A stretch of DNA of 62,698 nucleotides, filler included, from Asterionella formosa (GCA_002256025.1; 18 parts of 18 records of this genome joined end to end with filler, not necessarily neighbours in it), one strand, 5' to 3'; counted from the whole stretch's first letter, positions 47,561 to 61,443 are shown. Notes: a model not told the origin generated them from the letters alone. Numbers and translations: made by a program.

Positions 47561-50500
47561 CAAAACAACCAACATTTATCTACCAGCACTACTGGTGCTG
47601 TCAGCCAGCAAAATGAAGTGAGGTTGCCAATTACTAACAAGAGCCGCGAAACATGAACTTTGAGTACCGGTATGTAGTATCTCTCATACGTTGGGACACA
47701 CTGGTCCTAAGTCATATGGCTGATGCAAATTCCAGAAAGAGTGGGTAGCCTTGCGTAGGCCTGGTATTTCAATAAACCGTAACCCTAAATATTATTCTTT
47801 CACGCCTACTATTGCTAGCAAAATCCCCATCGTCATCACTTTTCTTTTGTTGTAGTCGCGCTCAGTCCCTTCAAAGCCCAGGTAGCTATAGTATTTATGC
47901 CTGCCAGATGAGATAGGCCAGATTTTGATAAAAATAAAAATCCTTAAGTAATTTTGGAAAATGTTACTTTTATTGACCGATGACGATTTGCAGAATCAAA
48001 CTCTGAACATGAATCAAATTTGCTGCCTGAGCAACCGGTTCAGCAAACCATCTTCTTGCTTAAAAAATAGGAATCGTTCTAAATTGAGAACTTGCTGACT
48101 ATGAATAGAATTTGCTGACTAGTACGAATAGAATTCGCTGACTACAACTAGAATTTGATGACTACGACTAATAGAACTTGAGGATGAAAATGAATACCGT
48201 AGATTTTCTGAATGACCGTTCTGCTACCATACCTTTTACCGGTATATACATGAACATACACAACTATGTACTATATTCCCCCTAATAGCCATGCTACAGT
48301 AATACTGCTATGAGCATATGTGACATTATGTCTACTATATACATATAGTCACAGTCATTATCACGCCTGATGCAACAGCGTATCATCAGCCACCAAGTAC
48401 CAGCATATTTGCAAAAAATCATACATATCTAGATAGCTAGGATATAGGCTCAGGGTACCCGAGGTACTAGGCACCCCATGTAGACGATGAAAGTATATAA
48501 TTACGTAGCTTAGATGTTGCGATTTGTTTCCATACATAAAACCCTACAGTGTAGTTGTTGTGAGCAGCTGGAGAATCCTCTAACATACCGTCTCCGCCTT
48601 GACCATGACGAAAATAACGAATTTCTCCATGGAAAACGAAAGCGACACTATGCTGTTTGGTAAATAAATCTAACACGACATTGATAATACAATCGTAAAA
48701 AATTTTAATAACAATAATATTGACTGCGGAAATTGAAGTCGCCGATGGCGCATTTCTTTACATAGTGGAATTCAAAATGACGAAAAGTTGTGTCGGCCAA
48801 GTTTTATCACTTTTACAGCATGCTACACCACAGTAATCTATAGGACGAACCAAATTTTGTTTCATTCAAATTTAACAACATCATTTAATAGTCCATCAAT
48901 ATTTTCAAAATGACTCTTTTGCTTACGAGTACTGATCCAGTTGTTGACTACATATGGCTAGAAATTTGCTGATTCGCTGACTATGACTAGAAGTTAATGA
49001 GCGATTTGTGAACTATATAAGCAAACCAATTGTCTTCCAGTTCCTGAATACTATCACCTGTAGAAGTAGTTGAACACAATTTCGATGATCAGAACACGAC
49101 TTCGATTTACTGAATGATGATTTAATGGCATAGAAAGTTACTTAAGAGAATTTGGAATGGAAAGCCAGCCTAACCCTTCTGGTAGGTATGGGGCAAATCA
49201 TTGGGAGTGAGTCGAAACTGGAAAAATGCGCATGAAAAGTGCACTGCTGGACCTTCCAGGATACCAGGTACCTTGGTGGTACCTGCAGCCAAGTTGGGGT
49301 AAATTTGCTGAGATTGATAATGCGATGCAGGACAGGCGTTTAATTACATAGAAAACATCGTCTGTATGCATGGTAATCACCACTCAGTGACATACTTGCT
49401 TTTATGCTGATTTTTTTCTTCAAAACAGGGAACCGTCCAAAAAATACAACAATGACCAACACATGCAAAAACCTCGTTTTATATAAAATTGACCTCGCAT
49501 CATCATATTTTTCAAAAGGACCACAAAAGAACGCGCAGAAATCGCATATCCGGGTTTCCCGATTCTTTTGCGGCCTTTTCGTTCGAACTCTCTCAGTGTG
49601 ATACTACCAGGTATATATGATATCTTGCCAAGTACATTTAGTCGAGTTTATTAAAGCGTACTCTCAAATTTTCTTATTCACTGATATCTTGCCGAGTACT
49701 GGAAGCAATGTTCATACTGCCCCTGGATGTTTAATGCCATATCAGAGCTCAAACTTGCTTTGACGAAATGATAGCTGCGCGTACTTTTCAAGAAGTACGC
49801 GAGCTTCGCAAAAGAACGCGAACTTTGCAGAAGAATGCGTGACTAGAATTTCGAATGATATTTCGAATATAAACAGCAAGGTTTGTACACAATACACATA
49901 AGGAATTTTCCACGTAGCGAGGAAGTACGTAGTTTCCCGTAGTACCTCTCGGGGCAATAGAGGGGCGACCCGAAGCAAAAGTAAGCAAGTCTTGCTTACG
50001 TTGCTTTGTTCTCTCCAAACTCAAAATCGTTCTCCTTTTCCGGCTCAAGTTATCAAAATAACCTACTATCTTAATCAACGGTTTCAAAGTCGTTGGGATT
50101 GGAAATTCGTAACTGCCAGCGTCATCATAGGAACGACCCGATATAACTGTAATAAACTACCGGTTCATATTTACAGCACCCACGCATGTTATATACCCTT
50201 ATGAATGTATACTATACACTATATCGTCTGTCGAATTATGAAGGCAATAGTATACCGGTCCTGATGTTATGAATAGTACTTACTGGTAAGCAAATAGTTT
50301 TGAAATCTCATCACCATCACGCTTCCATCATTCCCATCTCACAATGACTCCATTTTGCGGCGTCTAGACAAGAGATCAAATCTAAGCTTATAAATAACTT
50401 GTTTCACATCTTTTACTTTACTTAATCATGTTATTGTTTTAGTTGTCTTTGTAGTCGTTGTACAGCTACTGTGAAAGTGTCAAATCTGCTGANNNNNNNN

Positions 50501-50601
50501 NNNNNNNNNNNNNNNNNNNNNNNNNNNNNNNNNNNNTTAATTAATTAANNNNNNNNNNNNNNNNNNNNNNNNNNNNNNNNNNNNNNNNNNNNATATATCG
50601 T

Positions 50602-50753
50602 CAGTATATAGGATCTGGTCAGAAACTGCAGAAAGGAACTTCGGTTTTTTAGCTATGCTAAAAAGACTCGAAATTTCGGGGGAAATCTGTTTATTTGGCA
50701 TAGTAAAAAAACCGAAGTTCCTTTCTGCAGTTTCTCGCCAGAAGTTATATACT
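50602..50753. repeat. Foldback element with ~55-bp arms
   Basis: AGAAACTGCAGAAAGGAACTTCGGTTTTTT and its reverse complement AAAAAACCGAAGTTCCTTTCTGCAGTTTCT. Confidence 0.88.
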
Positions 50754-51949
50754 GGTGCTATTTGAAAGTTACCTATGTATCTAAATCGCCGTCAGACCCA
50801 GCCAACGTTTAGCTATCGTCGTCCAAAAACTCGACAAAATCGGCCTTTTCTACGGTCGCCAAAATATCGGAATCAGAATTATTAAGTGCCGAAACGTCAT
50901 CATTGGAATGGCAGTCGTGTGCCGGAATTTTTAGTCCTAAAATCTCCTGTCAGAAAAATTCCATTGTAAGTACCCGCTTCCACATACATAATATGATTGG
51001 TGAGCATGAAGTACATTCCTCTGTTTGATTGGCCTGGTTTGCGAGGTCGTGCAAACCCACGCTGGCCACATTGGATTAACATTTAACATTTTCTTGGGTG
51101 TACTGACAGTCCGGTGCTATATTCACGACGGGTACCAGTAGATGATCATCATTGGACATACCGGTACGCGTACCGCTCCTTGGGTGCACTTTCAAATATT
51201 TGCCGAGCCGCCGGGTCGTATACATGACCCATATTCGTCGATAGGAGAATACATTGTAGTACTGGTGTATGCACATGAAGCGATGTAGAACCTAAATATA
51301 TATATATATATATGTGTGTATTAAACGATTTGAATATGTCGAACGGATTCAATGCATAGCATATAAAATCGTTAATCGGAGTATAGAGTGTCCATGCATA
51401 CATGTTGATCGTATTTTAGCATATATATACATTCAGCGACTTAGAGTGTCAATATATATATTTAGCGATTTTGACAAGGAATCTATGTACGTATTCGCAA
51501 ATTTCCACTGATTCAAATATTTCAAATGGAATCACGTCATTCAAAAATAGCTAATTAAATTCTTAATTCCAGGGAATTTTCGCAACCCTAAGCAATATTT
51601 TAATTTTTGCCTAGGGGTTCAAATGCAGCAACCTTAATTTGTGCATACGACCGGTACCAGGTGAGCGATCTTGCGCATCAATACAGATGTATATAGGGTT
51701 AGTGTTATATCATGTATGTATAAGAACTCAATAATGAGAGAACTCGACTAACCCTCATTGTATACTTTGGTGTCGACTTGGAGAACGAGTTACACACAAG
51801 GATTAACAAATAAGCTCATATATTCAACAAATACTACTACTTCTAGTTANNNNNNNNNNNNNNNNNNNNNNNNNNNNNNNNNNNNNNNNNNNNTTAATTA
51901 ATTAANNNNNNNNNNNNNNNNNNNNNNNNNNNNNNNNNNNNNNNNNNNN

Positions 51950-52868
51950 TGGTATCTGAGTTGGGCGACTGCGGCAGATAAGCCGGAGCTCTGCACTTTG
52001 GACAATAGCTCGTCTACTTTCGCTCTTTCGGACAAAGGCTCGTTCTCTTCTTCGAAGATCGTGAACATACGTTGTAGTGTATCCAAGAACTTGTTAAAAG
52101 GTAACGCACGCTCTGTCTTGTAGTGGAGGGACGATTGAATCTTTCTTGGCGTCGGCAATCCTACGTGTGGAATTTCCTTCGCCAGCATAGTGCCGCCTCA
52201 ATGCGACCATGTCCCTACGACCGTCCTGATAACGAGAGATGGAACGAATCCAATTTTCTGTCTGTTCGCCCTGTAGAAAACCAAGTAACAGTGTATGCAC
52301 ACGTCTTGCATCCGCAATGTAATACTGACCGTTAAGTGGGGCACGATGGATCATGCGCTCGTTGAATGAGCCATAATCGGCCTCAGCTTCGGGATCCTCC
52401 GCTTCTCTTACCACATAAGACAACGGTATGCCGCTAACGCCGGGAATGACAGCCAAGTAGTTGATAAAGGCCTTTTCCCACTCAGGCCACTTCCTCTCAT
52501 CTTTGAATTTTCCCGGATTGGCAGCCTTGGAATTAGTAGCCACGAGATCTATATCGGACTCACTGATTTGCGCAAGGCTCAACGATTGATATAGAATCTC
52601 AACATTGAAATCGTTGTGGTCCGGAACGTCGTTAACTCGATGGCAATCCTGGACCCAATGCATAACGCCTGTCAATTTCTTTGTGCGTCCAAGTCCAAAA
52701 ACAATCTTAACGTTTGCCATGCTACGCTTCGCAAATTCGTCCGCCATGTCACGAATGTCCTTTTCGACTATATAACGGAAATCCTCAAACTCGCTTTGTA
52801 CGTTCGACAGCGACCTCAAAACCGATTGCCAACAGAACGTGGGCGACTCCGACCAAGTTATTCGCCAT
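51950..52868 (-). mobile_element. CoDi-like copia gag, frameshifted
   Basis: PGKFKDERKWPEWEKAFINYL..IPGVSGIPLSYVVRE, DGRRDMVALRRHYAGEG, LHYKTERALPF. Frameshifts near 52800 and 52140. Confidence 0.8.
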
Positions 52869-53306
52869 GATAATGACTAGATTTGCTGGGAAAAGAGAAT
52901 GGTAGTAATTCGCAAACGCAAACGCATGTCGTCAGTGGATTCCCGCTGTAACGAATAGTACTTGTGTGCAGGCAGCACTGTTTCGCCAATGCCGTCGTTG
53001 AGTGATCAGTTCAACTCCGGCAACAATCGCTATCGCTAGCTGGTCGTCTGTGGATACCCGTCGGTACGACTCAAGTGCACACGGTCACCAACGCCTGCGA
53101 ATGATCGTCATCATCCAAATTCGGTACGCACACGTGGCACTACATATTGAATATGAAAAAAATTCGTTACGAACACACAACGCCGGACGCCTTGTCTCGA
53201 TGGTTCNNNNNNNNNNNNNNNNNNNNNNNNNNNNNNNNNNNNNNNNNNNNTTAATTAATTAANNNNNNNNNNNNNNNNNNNNNNNNNNNNNNNNNNNNNN
53301 NNNNNN

Positions 53307-53961
53307 TCGTCTTGGTTTCGTCACGCACATACAAATCGTAATAGTCGCGTACATTCTTCTTGACCTCTTGGATCGTGAGCTCGGAGCTCGCGAGACCAAA
53401 TTTTCCAACCACAAAACTCTTGTAGACTTCCGGTAGGTTGTTGATAACATGGGCCACATAGGCACCATCCGAAATTGCGGAGCTCGTATGACTCAATCGT
53501 TCTCGAATTCTATCCAACTCCACAAACCAAATGTCGGGGTTCTCATTCTCGTTAATCGTGCATTTTGTCCACTGACCTGACAAGGCAATCACATTTGCCA
53601 TATTACTTGACTCGTACGTAGACACTAACTTGTCCCACGCTTCCTTCGCATTTCCATTGGGGAACTCTTCACTTCTGGCACCATTTACGTATCCAAATGG
53701 TCCACTCTGACATGCCATAATCAAACTTGCATAGGCAACCGTATTATTTCGTTTCGCACGCTTCTCATCGTTGTCGCTCGGAACAATCTTCATTCCAGCT
53801 GAATCTCTCTCACCTGGTGATACTTCATCTCCACTTAGGATTCCTTCAAAACCTTTGTAGCAGGCATAGGCCACAAACTTCGCTTTCCAAACATGCCACT
53901 TGACATCGGTACCATCAAATGTTGGCAACCGCACTCCTGACGATTCGTCATCAATTCCCAT
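53307..53961 (-). mobile_element. Ty1/copia gag (UBN2/Retrotran_gag_2-like), intact to the contig end
   Basis: LPTFDG..WHVWKAKFVAYA, AKEAWDKLVSTYE, NPDIWFVELDRIR, HVINNLPEVY. Confidence 0.85.
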
Positions 53962-53996
53962 CTTGAGTACCCTTTCAAACCTATCGCTTTAAAGCG

Positions 53997-54404
53997 TGTT
54001 GAAATGGTCCGTACTCCTTCCCGCGGGTTGGGTCTCTCTTCACGTAGACTCTTACGTGATCGTAGTACTACCTAGTACCACTTACTTTCTCTCTTGTCTC
54101 TGCTTCTAGCCTTCCTGCTAGATAGACTAATTGACCTTCCTGTCAATTAATACACACTGTTTCCTCGGTTGATAATCTAAACCTCAAATTAAATTATAAG
54201 CTAAACTAAATGTTTCCTTTCCATGCATCTTTGCTTCCTGCAAAGTCGTTCTAAGACTCTCTTCGAGTTTCCACTTAACATTTCCATAGAAATCTTCAAT
54301 CTCTGATCTCGTTAGACAGCTGATTGACGTGGCAATGCAATATTCGACTCGTTCGATTACAATCGAGTCCACAATCCTTGTGACTCGGGCTAATATTCTT
54401 GACA
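53997..54404 (-). mobile_element. Putative 5' LTR (~408 bp) of the copia whose gag is at 53961
   Basis: Minus strand TGTCAAGAA...TTTCAACA, ending 35 nt upstream of the gag ATG. The outer boundary is less certain. Confidence 0.65.
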
Positions 54405-55008
54405 CACAGTGACTGTCGTCTGTTGGAACATCCGTTAAAAAAAGGAAGCAATTGACGGTGTGGTGCTACATAGTGTTCGTGAGTTCGTGAACCAAACTAC
54501 CGGTACCGGGTACCAGGTACCGTGTACATGATACCAGGTACGAGGATAACAATGTTCACAGTGACNNNNNNNNNNNNNNNNNNNNNNNNNNNNNNNNNNN
54601 NNNNNNNNNTTAATTAATTAANNNNNNNNNNNNNNNNNNNNNNNNNNNNNNNNNNNNNNNNNNNNTGTCTAATGTCATCCATCTGAGATCAAAGTTTTAC
54701 GGTTGTACACATCACATGAAGAACTCACACTTACCGGTAAAAAAGCTCCCTCTTCCCAGTTTTCATGTTATGTAGGTTATTACCGGTACTATGTAAATGT
54801 ACTAGCTACTAGCCAGTGGTAGGCAACCCAATTTTTTTACGTGATTATTATTAATCAAAATCAACACTGGTGGAATTATGTCTACTGATGAGGATGGTAC
54901 CAGGTAGTATTGTTTGCCAAATATGTGCCGAACAAGGTCCATTATTTTAGCTACCTGTTATTCTTATTTTTCTCTCGCCAACACAGCACTGCAACGACAG
55001 TAAATATC

Positions 55009-55742
55009 ATGGATCTGTGTGACAATAACGACGAGGACAAATGTAAATTCTGCGGTAAAGGTCCTTTTAAATCAATTCGTGGTCATCACAGACACAGCAA
55101 AAGTTGCAAAACCAAGAAACATACTTCCATGCCTATCTCGGTTTAAAAAAATCAATGGTGACCTCGAACAGCCTACGTGCATCCCGACTTGAAAGAATTA
55201 TCCCCATTCTTCCAGTTCCACTTCCTGAGAACACATATCGGGTTGTGGTTAAATGGAGACTTCGAGTACTGCTTGATCAGCATCGTGACCACACTCACTG
55301 TATTTTACTTCGTCATTTCCTACAAGGTCATGTCGAAGATACCGTGAATGCGGACCTTGATAGTTTATTGGACGTCATGTTTAGGAGACTGGAGTCAGTG
55401 AATTCGTCAACTTTCATTAAAAAGAAGGGCGGAAAGAAGATTGGATGGTATGCACTTGTTATTGATCATAGCAATGTCAAGTTTGCTAGAAGCTTTGTTG
55501 ATGAGGTTTGGCCTTCGAACCAATGTGACCGCATTAAACATCTCAACATTTTCTTACCAAAAGTTGCAGACGCGATGAAAACTGTTCATTTGATTATTGA
55601 TGATGATTTCATGCTACAGATTGAAGGGACTCTATCTTCCAAGATATTTTTGTTGAATTTGTCTTTCCTCCCAGACCAATTTTTCGGAACAAAAGATTGT
55701 CCTTTTCTTGACCTGGTAGCTCTCCAACTGTCGCAATTGAAC
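55009..55742 (+). pseudogene. Unknown frameshifted ORF with an N-terminal zinc-finger-like motif
   Basis: MDLCDNNDEDKCKFCGKGPFKSIRGHHRHSKSC, then ~200 open codons in another frame. Confidence 0.35.
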
Positions 55743-55922
55743 CAGTCATGCTGTCATGCGTACTTGATGCGCTAGAAGAGCGAGACGTAGCCACTGTTGA
55801 TATTCCTGGCGCATTCATGCAAGCTGACATGGATGATCTAGTTCATATGAAGCTTGAAGGAAAAATGGCCGAGCTCCTGGTGCGCATTGACCCAAAATTA
55901 TATCGCCAACATATACAAATCG
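55743..55922 (+). mobile_element. Ty1/copia RT fragment
   Basis: VMLSCVLDALEERDVATVDIPGAFMQADMDD.VHMKLEG. Confidence 0.9.
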
Positions 55923-56437
55923 NNNNNNNNNNNNNNNNNNNNNNNNNNNNNNNNNNNNNNNNNNNNTTAATTAATTAANNNNNNNNNNNNNNNNNNNNNN
56001 NNNNNNNNNNNNNNNNNNNNNNGTTTTCACTTACGTAATTGATCGCCTTTTGGTTGCAGAAGATTGAGATTTTATGAGTATTCGAATGACAGATTGCTTA
56101 GCGACGAGGTTCATAGCAACCAGCCCAAGCGTTCCTGTTTCAAATAAATAAATCAAATACAGCTCAGGCAAAGCGCCAGGGGAGGCTTCCAGGAACTACC
56201 GGTACTGGTACAAGGTACCTGGTACCTGGTACTCGGAGTATATGCAATCATCATGGAATGAAGTAAAGCGATCTTTCAATCTCATCATCATATAAACTTT
56301 CGTGTATAAATATACGGTATGTAGACTGAAACATTTTAGTCATGATGATTTTTGTGTTTATCATGAACCCGGTATGTAGGATATAAAAAATTATTCTTAG
56401 CTATTACCTACCGGTACACTTGACGCTATGTAGGTAA

Positions 56438-56531
56438 CAGCAAGTTGCGGTCATTTTGCTTAAACTAAGATTTTAGTCTGAGATAAAAATAGCTAAATCT
56501 TTAGTTTCAGCAAAATTACCTCAATTTGCTA
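56438..56531. mobile_element. MITE-like copy (family of 6127-6220)
   Basis: CAGCAAGTTGCGGTCATTTTGCTTAAA...TAGTTTCAGCAAAATTACCTCAATTTGC. Confidence 0.75.
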
Positions 56532-57436
56532 CTTAGTCTGCAACCTGCATTGTTCTGCATGATGCACATTGTACTACCGGTATTGTACTTCCATTCTAGA
56601 GCTGTATGATACCGCGTACTGGTACCTGGTACCTGGTACCAGGTGACCGCTTCTCGCGACCGAATATTGTATACTACCAGGTACCTGGTACCGGCCGGTA
56701 AAGATTGTCAATGGGCATTTTGCAGAGCGGCAGGAGTATTCTGTAGGATTCCGATGCCAGGGCAATACAAAATGGATCTTTACACCCTAAGTCTAATCTA
56801 TGATCAATATATATATAAAGCTTTTATCGCCATCAGAAAAGGGAAACTTACCCCTTTTCAAAGTTTTAGCGTTGTAATAAAAACCTTTTGAATTTTGACT
56901 TTCACTGGTAAGCCTTCCATATGGTGGTTCTCTGACTCCGGCAATAGGCATCCAGAGAGGGGTTACCAGTTAAAAAAATAATAAGAATTTAAGAAATCGC
57001 CTCCAAAACATCGTCATCACGATTTGCGAAAAGAGGAAATTCAAAATTTCTGATTAATTAGAAAATGATATGTTCTAAATTCTTATAGTGCAGCAGAGTG
57101 TGTTGATTCTCAGCACGGGGTTGTGATGTGAATTGTTAACTGATCATTTCACAGCGGTTGACTGATAGGTTCACAGGGGTTCATCCAACTTAGTGTAGAG
57201 TGCTCATAATAAATAGATCAGAATATATTTGTTATTTGCTAACTACATTTAGCTATTATCTAAATTCGCCTTAGCCTCNNNNNNNNNNNNNNNNNNNNNN
57301 NNNNNNNNNNNNNNNNNNNNNNTTAATTAATTAANNNNNNNNNNNNNNNNNNNNNNNNNNNNNNNNNNNNNNNNNNNNATTACATATCAATCAACCTCCT
57401 CAATAAATTAATCATCATTGCTTTTAGATTTCGACC

Positions 57437-58096
57437 ATGTCTTCATCTTCTTCTGGTCAAAGGAGATCAGCCAGGGAGGGCTTCCCTTCCTCTCCAAGGC
57501 TGCTTAAATGTCGCCATCACCAACAAGCAGCAGAACAACAACAGACTCAACCAGAAGAAGAGGAAGAGGAGGTCAACAAAAATGAAGATGACACTGGTGC
57601 TGATGAGTTTGCCAGTGATGATAAGGTCATTAGGATGGTGTCCTAAGTGTTTCTCAGATTGGAGTTTCTGGGGTTACTCAGTCCCCATCAAGGAACAGAT
57701 TTTCGAGCCCTCCTAGTTCAGTTGCAAGAACAGCAACTGCCAGGTGACCACCAAAGTTTCCAAGAGCTTGTCGAATCATGCAGAGTTGGGGTCAACAGTT
57801 CAGTATCAATGAGATCCTCTCATTGCTGGACTCCATTTCTACTCACCTGCCAATTGGGCCCATGAATGGGAAGTTGTTGCTTCACAGCACAATGAGAATT
57901 TCCAGAACTGACTTGACAACAATGGATGCTGCAGTGCGTGGCACCGGATTTTGCCACTTCTTCTTCTGACCTCATCAACAGTCAAACTTTCCCTGAACTA
58001 TGGCATCTTGTTTACTGGTGGATAGCACATTGCTAACAGTAGCAATGTGATCATAATGTCATCATCATCATCAGGAGATGAGAGGAAAGTTGACAT
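57437..58096. mobile_element. Internally deleted two-ORF PIF/Harbinger-like relic
   Basis: Plus strand: FSINEILSLLDSISTHLPIGP/EWEVVASQHNENF (Myb-like/DUF6818-like). Minus strand from 58096: ..FRESLTVDEVRRRSGKIRCHALQHP, resembling Harbinger transposase N-termini. The two meet at ~57910. Confidence 0.45.
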
Positions 58097-61000
58097 GGTC
58101 AGTGACTGACAATGATGAATATGTGGAACTCATGCATATAATGAACAAAAGGTGGCATAGCATACAAGAGGATGCATCAATATGAAAATTTAACTGTTAA
58201 AAATTAAAATTAAAAATATATCTAATGTCAGATAAGTAATCCAACATATTTCTATTATCAGAGAAAAAAATGATATTATGTAGCAAATCACCATAATAAC
58301 TTGTGTTATAATACACTCATGATAAAAAAATTTATTATTTATCAGAGCGTGCCCAGTATCTGTCAATGTTTTCAAATAAAAAATTCTACATTGGTAAATA
58401 ATACTAGTAGCTCAACATACTGGTACCGGTATATTGACACAATGACGACTCGGCACATCATAGTGCCATTTTTCCACAGAAGAAACATACTATGTATCAT
58501 ATCACATGGTACCTGGTACTGGTACCTGTTACCAGGGCCAGGTACCCTGGTAGCGGATTATGACATTTGAGTACGGTAGTACTGTACCCTGCAAGTTGCG
58601 GTAAATATACTGATGGTCAGTTACATATGAAATNNNNNNNNNNNNNNNNNNNNNNNNNNNNNNNNNNNNNNNNNNNNTTAATTAATTAANNNNNNNNNNN
58701 NNNNNNNNNNNNNNNNNNNNNNNNNNNNNNNNNCATTCTCACAGGTGACGTACAATCGATGATATCGATCAACCGATGACGATATGCATATGACTCGGGC
58801 AGCTGGTGCTGAAGCCAATTCCAGCTCTACATGGCTATCGCCTTGACATTCGGGTAGGCTTTAAGTAATTTCTTAAGTAATTTTTATTCAGGGGCTATAT
58901 GGGGGACATCGAATTATTTGGCATTAAAATTGCCGATTTTAGTCTGACAGCCTGAATAACGGTAATAAAACACATAGAAATGATAAAACAAGCGTAAAAC
59001 GCACGAGAACGATTGTAACATGCAATTGGGAAATTCTTGGTACACCTCAGGGTATGTTGGGCACGTGCTCAACAGGAGAAAACCGTTAGGTGCAGTCCTG
59101 CGAGGTCTGTCTCATGACCTGCAGGCGCCTGGTACTACCGCCTGTAGAACCAGCGTGCATGTTGGTTCTCTTCGACTGGTACTACCTGGTACCGCCTGTA
59201 GAACCAGCGTGCGTCTTTGGCCCTGTTTGAGTGGGTATTCCTTGTCTGGATTATGTCGAGTTTTCCCATCCAATGCTGGTAAGTTGTGTTGGATATTACA
59301 TTGTGATTACTCTTTCAATGTGGCGTCCTTCAACAGTGCTAATTGCAACCTTGCTTAGGTTCAGTATTCTCCCCATCATCTGTTTGATAGGAGAATTAGT
59401 TGCAATATCAATGAAAATTGAACATGATGGATGTTTGGAGCAACCAAAGTATGTTGTGCAATGTAATGAGTAATAGCATCAAATGAGAAATAGAAAATAT
59501 TGTTTTGGGTTAGAAATACAGTAAAAAATAGGAGTTTCAGTGGAAACATATGCATTGTAGTACTTGCAAAGGCAAAATTCTATCACACAATCGAAGAGCA
59601 AAATAAAACTGATAAGAAGAAAAAAGCTGAACCCAACAATTGAGATCTGCATCATGATGTAGCATAGATGATCTGGTTGCTGCAACCATGAATATCACTG
59701 CAGTAGCCTGACAAAAGTTGCAGTCCTTCCGCCCACAGTCATTCCTCCCACCAAACAACCCTGATCATCATTCCATTCTGATTGATTATGATTGCCAGGC
59801 TGCTCCAGCACTATCGACTCCCACTAGCTGAATATACTTAATTGTGATACAAACTAATAGTAGAAATGTAGCAAAGCGCATAAGTTCAAGAAAAGCATTG
59901 CTTGGTGGCAATATTGACATCATGGTCAATGACTATACAAATAATCAAATAAGATCAACAGTGGTGCAATACATCTTCAAAGAGGAGTNNNNNNNNNNNN
60001 NNNNNNNNNNNNNNNNNNNNNNNNNNNNNNNNTTAATTAATTAANNNNNNNNNNNNNNNNNNNNNNNNNNNNNNNNNNNNNNNNNNNNAATCAACAGAAG
60101 AGCTGTCAAGCAAAGAAGTTGCTTACCGGTATTCATGACGAATAAATCTACAATTGCAATTCAAGGAAATTGTTTAATGTTTGCAATTGTTATGATTGTA
60201 TTTTATGTCAAAACTAATTAAGGATGTCGGCAAATCCGATGGAGACTCGAATGCATCCTCCCTCATGAATTTATATACGCCGGTATGTTTATGTGCAAAT
60301 GTACGCTCTGAAGGGCAGTGATAAATTGTAAGACCAACATTTATACCGATTTGACATGTCTCCCGGGACCACCTCTTTTTACCTAGAATGAATTGCAAGT
60401 ATGCACCTCCGTAGAGGTGCCCGGTAGACTCGCAAAATATTTTTGCTTTATATTTTAAGCTGGCTAGTTTAATGTTACTTCAATAATGTTTAAATGTCTT
60501 TATGTTTACCTAAATATAGCAAATTATATAAAATAAATGTTAAATCCCTGATATCTGCTTGCTTTTGATAGAATGCTCAAGTTACGTACGCACCAGTACA
60601 GGTACCGGTAATTGATTACCGTATGTACAGCGTGCCGCGATGTAGATTATTTTTACAAGTGTACCAGGTACCAGATGCTCGATGCTCGGTAGGAACAAGT
60701 TAGTACAGTCACGAGTGTGACTTAGACAAAAATAGACACAACTCGATTCAACCCAAATGAAATTTTACAATCAACCACTGCCGGAATGTCTATTATCAAG
60801 TTACTCGTCCCTTGTAGAACTCTTGGCTTCGCAGTAACAAAGTGGATACTTTAGGTACATACATATATGAATAGATGCACTCATTCATGAATATTTTAGT
60901 TAACAATTACTTTCAACCACAACAACTTACTTGGGTCATTCTTCGTGAAGAACGACGATATCTACCGGTACACATGTGTTAACATGCAGCAGTCCTCGTG

Positions 61001-61443
61001 ACGGATGGAAATTTTGCACCGAGAATGTGGTCTCCAGGAAAGTCATGTAGGACAATTGTTTTTTAAGGATTTTTTTCATTTCTTCACTTTTCTCTATAGT
61101 CGAATATTTATGAATGGACTCCTTGTGACAACATGTTCCATCACAGGACCATGAAATATAATGGATAATGTAATATACATTATTAAGGAAATCATCAAAT
61201 TGATATGTTTCTCCTGAGGTTCTGGATCACATGGCAATGTCATTTAGCCTTTTTTTACAGTTTATAACTTATCATTGTCTTTATTGCTGTTTCTGCATTA
61301 ACACAATTAAAAAAATGAAGCCCATGTGCTCACAGCAGCCACCNNNNNNNNNNNNNNNNNNNNNNNNNNNNNNNNNNNNNNNNNNNNTTAATTAATTAAN
61401 NNNNNNNNNNNNNNNNNNNNNNNNNNNNNNNNNNNNNNNNNNN

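Noticed and set aside
51296..51313. (TA)n microsatellite (also ~22382-22396)
   Set aside because: Ordinary simple repeat.
59844..59988. NNQIRST, resembling the end of Harbinger transposases
   Set aside because: Too short to support a call.
1262..61443. Regularly spaced TTAATTAATTAA repeats with ~1.26-kb 'spacers'
   Set aside because: These are artificial N-flanked linkers. The near-equal contig sizes reflect file ordering, not a biological array.
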